64,000 nt of DNA from contig OX597836.1 of assembly GCA_951406725.2 (NCBI GenBank), positions 50,096,001 to 50,160,000 of the forward strand. Direction: 5' to 3'. The stretch comes from Octopus vulgaris (taxonomy: Eukaryota). The notes under the pieces were generated by a model, which was given only the letters and a program-made list of their open reading frames with translations, had not been told where the DNA came from and ran no database searches. The position numbers and the translations under genes are program-made. Positions 54,381-64,000 of this stretch are shown piece by piece. Numbering within the stretch: position 1 is the stretch's first letter; each line of letters begins with the position of its first letter.

Positions 54381-57355
54381 GCAGAAATATATGCACACAT
54401 GTCCATATGTGTGTTTGCTATCAATGCCATGACTTATTGTTACCCAAACGGGTTGAGTGTCCAGTGAGCCAAATTGCCAGCACCCAAGCTGCTGCACCCA
54501 ATCGTTTCATTCAGCTGAAAGGGTCCCTTTGCATCCCTTTTTTGGTGAGGATTGGTGTTCCTAATCATCAGAAAAGCCATCAGAGTAAACGAGGAAGGAA
54601 AAGAAGAAATGAAATACTAGAAAATGAGGGAAAAACCACAATGATGTGTGTCAGTCGGTCAGTCACAATGACAAGGGCCCCAGTTGATCCAATCGAACGT
54701 CCTGCTCCTGAAATTAATGTGCAAGTGGCTGAGTGCTCCACAGTCATGCTTACCTGTAACGTAGTTCTCAGGGTGATTCAGCAATGACACAGAATGTGAC
54801 AAGGCTGGCCCCCTTTGAATTACAGGTACTGGACTTGACTGGAGTAAAGTGGAATGAAGTGTCTTGCTCAAGGACACAATACACTGCCAGGAATCGAACT
54901 TATGACCCTCTGACCATGGCCTGAGTACCTGAACCACCAAGCCATGCACTCTCATGGGTGTCAGGACACACACATAGGTTTGTGAGCATCAGGTCCCGGG
55001 AGTAATTGTTAAGGTTCATAAAACAAGATGAAAAGGTGAAAAGGTTAAGGGGTCAATTGATTAGGGTCAACCAGCTCACACATCTGCTGACCAACTGACC
55101 AGCTGACCAGTTTTCCAAAAGTGATTTCAGGATGATAGATGGTGGAATTGGTAGATCGGTGAACCAAATGCCATCTGATGTTTAGTTACATTCTTTCACA
55201 ATGGGAGTTCAATTCTTATCAAAGCCACTGTTGCTTTTTATCCCTTTTGAGGGTCAAGAGCCCAAGTACTCAGAAAAGTTGATTCTCTTTACGATGATCT
55301 TCCTTCATCTTAAGATTTCTTATTTTTATCAAAGTTTGAAATAAATATTGCTTTCAAATTTTGCCACAAGGCCAGCAATTTCGGGGGAGTGGGAGGCTAA
55401 GTCGATTACATCGGCCCCAGTGTTTAACTGGTACTTATGTTATCGACCCTGAAAGGATGAATTCACCCAAATGGAATTTGAACTCTGAATGTAAAGACAG
55501 ACGAGATGCCTGTTAGCATTTGGCCCAGGGTGCAAACGATTCTTCAAATGCATCCCCTTAAATTTAGAAATTAATATTATCAATGAAACATAATAGGGGA
55601 ATGGAGCAGGGTTTTGGAATCGGTTTTTGTTTATGTAAAAGCATGCGTTTTGAATGCAAGTAGATATCAGTGAGAATTAAATATGATATGCGGCATTCAT
55701 GAGTAGATTACATCTGAAAGCAGGTAGAGAGAAAGTAGGGGTTTCACAGGAGAAAGAGAGAGGGAGGGAGGGAGAGAGAGAGAGAGACAGACAGAGACAG
55801 AGATAGAGACAGAGAGAGAGAGAGAGACAGAGAGAGAGAGACAGAGAAAGAGAAAAGCAATTTTACTTTTTCATTTTGAAGAAATAGGAATTATGAAATA
55901 TAGCATGGGATAAAATGTTGAGGCAGAGTCTCAACCAAAAGTCATTTCCCTCTTTTAAAAGGATTTACTGAAAATAAAAAGGGTTGCATTGAGTAAGGCT
56001 CTCCCTAGGCTTCTATATATGTAGGTATGCATATGTGCAGGCATGTATGTATTTATGTGTATCTATATGTATCTATGTGTGTGTATGTATGTGTATATAT
56101 GTGAATGTCTGTTCTTTTAAAAGAAGTAAGTTTATTAGAAAATGGAAAGAAAAGAAATCTTTCAGTTTCTTTCAGTTTCTTTTTTACAAAACTTAGGAAT
56201 AATTATTCTTTTTATTCACTTTACATCATTATTTTCTTCACAATAAGAAATGCCTTATATATATATATATATATATATCCATCTATCTATCCATCCATCC
56301 ATCGGCAAAAAGGTTTCTGGTGAAATTTCCTGCAATTCTATTCAATGTTTGTTTTATTTCAATGATATTTTATGTTATTTTATTTAATCTTTTGTTGAAT
56401 GTTTTCTTATATTTCAATGAAACCAAGTATTTCTTATTCCAGGCCTAAGACAACAGGTCTTGCACTAATAATTATTAATGAACAAATATTTTGCATTTGC
56501 CTGACAATCAAATCCATAACATATTCTTATTCTTGGTAGAATGGTTATGGCCAGTTCTTTCTATCCCTATGTAAATAGCTGACCTGCTATAATTAGCAGT
56601 TAAATTTCCCTCAGCAACCTTAAAGATAAATCACATATTGAATAAAGTAGTCCTAGATACACTATGCCAATGTTTGAGGGGGGGATAAAATTTAATTGCA
56701 GATGATGGGGCCCTTTCCATTGCCGGTCTGTGTTATCAAGGCGGGACTAAGGTTAACCAACAACACCAAGGACATATGATACAACAGATAATGTAGTCCT
56801 AGATACACAATGCACAAAGAAAAAAGAAACGACAGAAGAATCATCTGTAGAATATCTTTGATCATAAACCTGTTTGACCATGGCTAGCCTAGGGTGAAAC
56901 AAGAACAACAGTAACAAGTAGGGACACACTGGATAATGTAGTTTTGGATGAAGAATGGATGACATGAAGATGGAATAGTCATGGCTGGCATGTCTTTGAC
57001 CATAGGTCAGCTGATATTAGGCTAAACAACAACAGCCTAATGTTACTCTACATCTGATTCTCATCATCATCATCATCATCTTCAATGGAACCAATTCTTA
57101 CAGCATTATTTAACTGGGAAAAGTTATGGCAAAAGTGGAAAACGTAAAACTGTCGTCTACAAGATTTTGTTTTTCTTTATAACCTCAAGAATTTTATGCT
57201 TGGAGTGTTAATTCCAGATCTATGAAGATAGTTTATATCTGATTGAAAATTAGGGCAATTAGTGGATCAATTAAATTTGTTTGGAAATATTTATTTGACA
57301 TATGTTAAATTCTTTTTAAAATATATCAATTAATAATGTAACATATATGCATATA

Positions 57356-57401
<46 letters not shown>

Positions 57402-57402
57402 G

Positions 57403-57446
<44 letters not shown>

Positions 57447-57480
57447 CATGTATGTGTGTATGTATATATATATATATATA

Positions 57481-57555
<75 letters not shown>

Positions 57556-58211
57556 TATATGTGTATATATATATCGAGAGAGAGAGAGAGAGAAAACCAT
57601 TGCTAGAGAGAAATACAGACAAATAGACAGATAGTTGTTTGTATGTGCAAACAAGAGAAAGAGTTCTCAATACATGCTGTAGAGTTTCTTTATGGATTCA
57701 AAGCTGAACAGAGTAATATTTTATGGGAGGGTTTGGGCAGACTGTCTTAGACCCTTGACATTGCTTAGACCAATGTCCAGTCTGGATTTTGTAGGTCAAT
57801 GTCTACAGGACAGCTGTATGTCTGGATATTTTGGTGCATAAGAAATACAAATGTATAAGACAGAGAATCTGCAAGATGGAGTGGTATGGAAAACATCCTC
57901 CATCATACTTTATCCTCCCATCACCTGGCATAAAGCATCTCCTCCACACCACTCACTGTTATACCTTGCTCTGTTGGTAGGTTTGGCCTTGCAAGTTGGT
58001 CTCCAAGTTTACAAGTGCCTGTTCCACAAAAAGCACCCAATACACTCTGTAAAGTGGTTGGCATTAGGAAGGGCATCCTCTCTTAGAAACCATGCCAAAA
58101 CAGACAGTAGAGCTTGGTGCAAACCATCCAACCCAAGCCAGAACAGAAAAGGGATAGTAAATGATGATGATGATGATGATGACGACGACGATGACAACTA
58201 CGACGATGACG

Positions 58212-58244
<33 letters not shown>

Positions 58245-60024
58245 ATGACAATGATGATGATGATGATGATGATGATGATGTTGTAGTGTATAAGATAAAC
58301 TGATATATAAGATCCATTGGTGTATAAGACATTTCGATGTATAAACCCCATTGTTATATAAGATCTCACAAGGTAAATATGTAAGGAGTAAGAATCACAT
58401 CTTTGCATAATAGTTTCCATAGCAAAATATGAAGAATACATTATAACTCCACAATTACATAAAATAGAAAAAAATTAAATAAATAATTTATCATAATTGA
58501 CAAGAAACCATTTTGTTCCATATGCATAACAATACATACCTGCATAACAATTGGTCCAAAGAGACTGGAATATATTACAGCGTAATGTGGTCAAAAATTC
58601 AGAGAGTAGTTATTATTACTAGTAATTACTACTAAGTTTGAAATCTTTTTATACTGTAGAATATTTTTTATGTCTTTAAACTAATGGTTATAGAGTTACA
58701 TAGCCTAACGGATTTTTCTGTGATGTGATTTTTACAGCTTGCATAATAGCATTATGATGTAAGAATTGTTGAAACAGCTGTAGGAAAGAATGTATTGAGA
58801 TATCATTGTTGTTGTTTCTGTTAAACAAGAATGTATTAGGGCCCCTTATCTAAAACATCTCTATTAATTCTCTATCTACTTCCACTATTGCCTCTTTGGT
58901 ACCTTTCCGTCTTTCTATCATTAATCTCTATAACACTCTTTCCACTCACTCTTTCAGTTGTACTTTGCTGAGTACGTGACTGGTGTTATTTTATCAACTC
59001 AGAAAGCATGAAAGTCTCAGTCAACTGAGGCAGGATCCAGACTCACAACATACATATATGCAACTAATGTTTACTCATTTATCAATTGTATCCCTAATTT
59101 CATATTAACTCTTGGTACAAAATTTCTTCCCCTTCATAATTTTAAATAAACCCTTCATAGCTTATAAGTTACACACCAATTTTTTTCTGTTTCTTTTTTA
59201 TTTTTTTTAGTAAAATAGGGTGATTCAACCCCTGAGTAAACAATAAAATACCTATTTCTTTACTACCCACAAGGAGCTAAACACAGAGGGGACAAACAAG
59301 GACAGACAAATGGATTAAGTCGATTACATTGACCCTAGTGCATAACTGGTACTTATTTAATCAACCCCGAAAAGGATGAAAGGCAAAGTCGACCTTGGCA
59401 GAATTTGAACTCAGAACATAGCGGCAGACGCAATACTGCTTAGCATTTCGCGCGGCATGCTAACGATTCTGCCAACTATTTGATACAGTATTCTACCAAT
59501 TTTTCTAACACACTGCCCCCCCCCTACGCACCCCCTCCTCTGCTAAAATGTTGACCTTCCTCTAATCATGTGGAATCCTCATTCAGTTTGTCTAGTTTTT
59601 TTTTTTCAAACATTTCGTAGGTGGGTGGGGTTTCCCACCCCCCTTTCCTAAATCCATAATTTCAACATTTCCTCATCATTTACTCTCTGCTAAAAAATCA
59701 GGAAACACCTCTAAAGCGGGTTGGGGAGGAACGATTGGTTGCAAAGGAGAGAGTGACAGACATTGGTGGTACTGGTTCTGATGGTGGTGGTGGTGGTGGT
59801 GGTAGTGGAGCTGGTGGTGTGATGGAATTTTAGTTGGAGCGGAGGGAGAAGAGGAGGAAGAGATACGTGGGTGGGGTGGGGTGGAGGGAGTTATCTCCTT
59901 CCTTCCTATATATAGCTCATGTTTACCTTTTAACCAAGTATTACCTCGACACAAACACACACGCACACACACATGCACTCATACACGTATGTTCTATATT
60001 ATTTTATATCAAATTTTATATAGA

Positions 60025-60080
<56 letters not shown>

Positions 60081-60111
60081 TATACATGCACATATACACA
60101 CACACACACAC

Positions 60112-60157
<46 letters not shown>

Positions 60158-60568
60158 CTATATATATAAAACTCAATACCATTATATACACAAATATGTG
60201 TCTCTGTGTGTGTATCTGTGTGTGTGTCTGTGTGTTTGACTTCCCAGCACATCTCCTCCTAGCCAACAAATCGTAGAACCACCAAAAATGGGTCACTTAA
60301 AGTTTAGGCGAATGAAAATTGAACTGCGCTATTTCTGCTCCGAAATTCATCTCGCAAGTGCAATAATCGATAATGTGTTTGTTTAGGCCTCATCCCATGC
60401 ATTGAATAGTGAACTTTACTCAGTCAGCTGTTTGATGTGAACTGTGTTCACCACGCATGCAAGCATGCGTAAATTGCGTAAATCAAGATATGAAAATGAA
60501 TCACCGTAAACATTGTAGAAATTCAGCAAAGAAATGAATTTTCGGGATGTAGCCTGGAGAGTTTTTTC

Positions 60569-60624
<56 letters not shown>

Positions 60625-60682
60625 TATATATATGCATGTATATATATATGAATATATACATATATACATATATATATATATG

Positions 60683-60947
60683 AGAGTATGATAGAAGAAG
60701 GCTAACTCTTCCTTCCGTAGAAGAAAAAATTCAAATCGGACCATGTTAACACCAAAATTTATTTACATCAAAAAAGTGCCTTTTTTCTATGAAAATCCCT
60801 ATTTTTTACAATGTTTTGACTGCTGTGTCGCCATTTTTTGGTGTATTTCACTTAAAGAGAATAACAAGCTACATACTGCCAAATTTTTACTTTTCAAAAA
60901 TTCCAATTCTAAAGGGTCTAAACAAACTGCAACGCCGATACTGCTAG
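60683..60947 (+). mobile_element. Non-autonomous Helitron, 3' part
   Basis: Ends gcaacgccgatactgCTAG|t (CTRR terminus before T); overlaps in sequence with 34529-34732. Confidence 0.65.
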
Positions 60948-60983
60948 TATATGTATATATTTATACACAGATATATATATATG

Positions 60984-61029
<46 letters not shown>

Positions 61030-62163
61030 ATAAATATTCACATATTTGTATATATGTGTGTGTGTGTGTGTGTGTGTATGTCTATGGGATTATACAAATT
61101 ATTATAATTTCTCTGTAAAGTGGGACAGGAATGCAAGGAGTTGGGAGGGAGGGAGGGAGGGACATGTGCAGCAGCAGGGAATATGAGGGGATGCTCTGTG
61201 TGTGTGTGAGTGTGTGTGCGTGTGCGTGTGTGTGCGTGTGCATGTGTGTGTGCGTGTGCATGTGTGTTTGCTAGAAAGATGGCTTTACACAGCTGAGCTG
61301 CGCCAAGTCTCTCTCTTCTTTCTCTCTTTCTCTCTTGTTCTTTTCTTCCACCTCATCCCCCACCCCACAATTCCTACAACACTTCCCCCACCCATCTGCT
61401 TCATTCCCTTCTCAGAGGATGTCCAGGGTGGGTGTAGTGTGAAAGAGATTTTTTTAATCCCCACCACCGCCACCACCTCCTTTTCCTTAATTATGCACTT
61501 CCTCCCCACCCTCCTTCGCTTCCCTCACCCCAGGATGAGTAAGGACAGTGAGAAGGAAGGAAAGCAATAGGGTTGGTGGGTAGGTGGGGGAGGGTGCAGG
61601 GATCTAGGGTCAAAGGTTATTGAAGAGGAAGGTGACTCTTGTGTGCCAAGGGCTGACACAGTGAAATGTAGGGGGAAATGAAGAAGGGTGCTGGGATGGG
61701 GTGAGGGTGGAATGCATATGTGTATGTGAGGTGGGCGGGTGGCTGGGTGGTGAGTGGAATGAGGGAAATGGGTTTTTTTATGGGGATTTGATGTGACTGT
61801 CTGAAGAACCTTTCAAAGAGCATCTGGCTTAAATATACAATGTGTGTGTGTGTGTGTGTGTGTGTTGATGAACACACACACACACACACACAACATATAT
61901 ATATATGCATATATACAGTATATACACGTATTCTTTTATTCTTTTATTTGTTTCAGGGATTTGACTGTGGCCATGCTGGAGCACCGCCTTGAAGGATTTT
62001 AAGCAGCACAAATTGACCCCAGGATTTAAGCCTTGCACTTATTTGGTTGGTTCCTTTTGCCAAACTGCTAAGTTATAGGAATGTAAACACACAAACATCG
62101 GTTGTCAAGCAGTAACAGAGGGACAAATACAGACACACAGACACACACGTCTGTGTGTCTGTG

Positions 62164-62527
62164 TATAATATAAAAAATGGAGCACTTGAGCACAGCAAAA
62201 CCCACTTTATTTACAAAACGGTCAATTTCATAATGCCTACATGCGTTTCAATATCTACATTCATATTTTGAATTTAGAAGGTAAAAATCTCATCAGGGCA
62301 AAAATTGACATATTCATTTACCTAACATTATATCTATCAGGATGTAAATGAATTTGTCAGTTTTTGCCCTGAAGAGATTTTTACCTTCTAAATTCATAAT
62401 GCAATTTTTAATTGTAAAATATGAATGAAAGTAGATAATGAAATGCGCATAGCCATTATGAAATTGACTATTATGTAAATAAAGTGGATTTTGCTGTGTT
62501 CAAACCGTCCATTTTCTTTATATTATA
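62164..62527. mobile_element. Palindromic Penelope-like element with a hammerhead in each arm, nested in a family B SINE
   Basis: Inverted arms 62164-62321 and 62344-62527. Host SINE tail half at ~61930-62148 and head half at ~62741-62883 (minus). Confidence 0.75.
62234..62300 (-). ncRNA. Type I hammerhead ribozyme with intact core
   Basis: Minus: tgcc-CTGATGA-gatttttac..gtagatatt-GAAAC-gcat-GTA-ggca (stem I tgcc/ggca; ~9-bp stem II with one mismatch). Confidence 0.75.
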
Positions 62528-62691
62528 GGATTAAAACTTCTGTACTCATATATCAAATAGATGAAAATATCTATAAATTAATCGATATAGAGATAAACCA
62601 GTGGACACTTGTGATGTAAGATGTCCTTAGAAAGAGCAATTTCTTTCTATACAAAACTATATATATATATGTATATATATATGTGGGTGTG

Positions 62692-62743
<52 letters not shown>

Positions 62744-62926
62744 GCTTCTTTCAGTTTCTGTCTACCAAATCCACTCACAAGGCTTTGGTCTGCCTATAGT
62801 AAAAGACGCTTACTCAAGGTGAACGCAGTGGGACTGAACCTGGAACCATGTGGTTGGGAAGCAAGCCTTTTCCACACAGCCATGATATGTATATGTATGT
62901 GTGTGTGTGTATATATATATATATGC

Positions 62927-62974
<48 letters not shown>

Positions 62975-63037
62975 TTTTACTCTTTTACTATCTTACTTGT
63001 TTCAGTCATTTTTACTGTGGCCATGCTGGAGCACCGC

Positions 63038-63090
<53 letters not shown>

Positions 63091-63476
63091 TATACACATA
63101 TACATATATATATATCATAATCATCATCATCATCATTTAACATCCACTTCCCATGCTGGCATGGGTTGGACGGTTCGACCGGGGTCTGGGAAGCCAGATT
63201 GCTGCATCAGGCTCCAATCTGATCTAGCAGAGTTTCTACAGCTGGATGTCCTTCCTAACACCAACCACTCCGAGAGTGTAGTGGGTGCTTTTACATGCCA
63301 CCGGCACAAAGGCCAATCAGGCGGTACTGGCAACGGCCACGCTCAAATGGTACTTTTTATGTGCCACCTGCACAGGAGCCAGCGGCACTGGCAATGACCT
63401 CGTCCAAATGGTGCTCTTAATATTCCACCAGCTCAGATGCCAGTCAGGCAGTGCTGTCATCATCAGCCACATCAGC

Positions 63477-63514
<38 letters not shown>

Positions 63515-63518
63515 CACT

Positions 63519-63550
<32 letters not shown>

Positions 63551-63834
63551 TCCAGACCCAGGGTTGTTTCAGGTATACTGCCTATTTATAATAATTAGTA
63601 AAATGCATACAAAATCAATTAATAGTAAATTATAATCAACTGTTATAATTTAGTCCTACCAGTATTTCTAATTATTTTTCTTACTTTTTTACTTTATTTT
63701 TTTATTTAATTAAATTTACTCATTTTATATATCTATCCCACGCCTTCCCCCCGCATATGTACCACTTAATATTGTAACTACTCCTTATTCTATTTCTAAA
63801 TTCCAGTCAGCCGAAAGTTTCACAGCGGGTCAGC

Positions 63835-63972
63835 ATCAAGTGGCAAACACCTGACACAGAAGTCCTTGCATAGGCTGGATGCATAAGCACCCAGACACTC
63901 ATCGTATCTACTCAGACGCATTGGGCAAGCCACTTTGGGCACACGGAAGGCAACAGGCTTCCAAAGCCAGTC
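63835..63972 (+). mobile_element. Degraded RTE/BovB-like LINE fragment
   Basis: IKWQTPDTEVLA*AGCISTQTLIVSTQTHWASHFGHTEGNRLPKPV. Confidence 0.65.
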
Positions 63973-64000
63973 ACGTGGCACTGGCATCGACCCGTCACTG

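Overview
Repeat-saturated, AT-rich eukaryotic DNA, most likely intronic or intergenic. The microsatellite load and SINE/LINE families look like an Octopus genome (inferred from recalled repeat motifs, not from a database search). No complete protein-coding gene is visible, and almost every ORF in the track is a microsatellite artefact. The recognisable coding remnants are non-LTR retrotransposon fragments: RTE, R4/Dong-type with a restriction-like endonuclease, Tx1/L1 and CR1-like. There are also several tRNA-derived SINE families, a hAT MITE and Helitron pieces. The most notable signal is a set of small non-coding elements carrying type I hammerhead ribozyme (HHR) motifs, mostly next to (TA)n tracts or nested in SINEs. 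They include a 360-bp unit with terminal redundancy and a rod-like extended stem I (retrozyme-like), several palindromes with an HHR in each arm (Penelope-like), and one where a tRNA-like Pol III head reads into the HHR. A few weak candidate exons of a minus-strand host gene are also noted. Boundaries were read by eye and may be off by a few bases.
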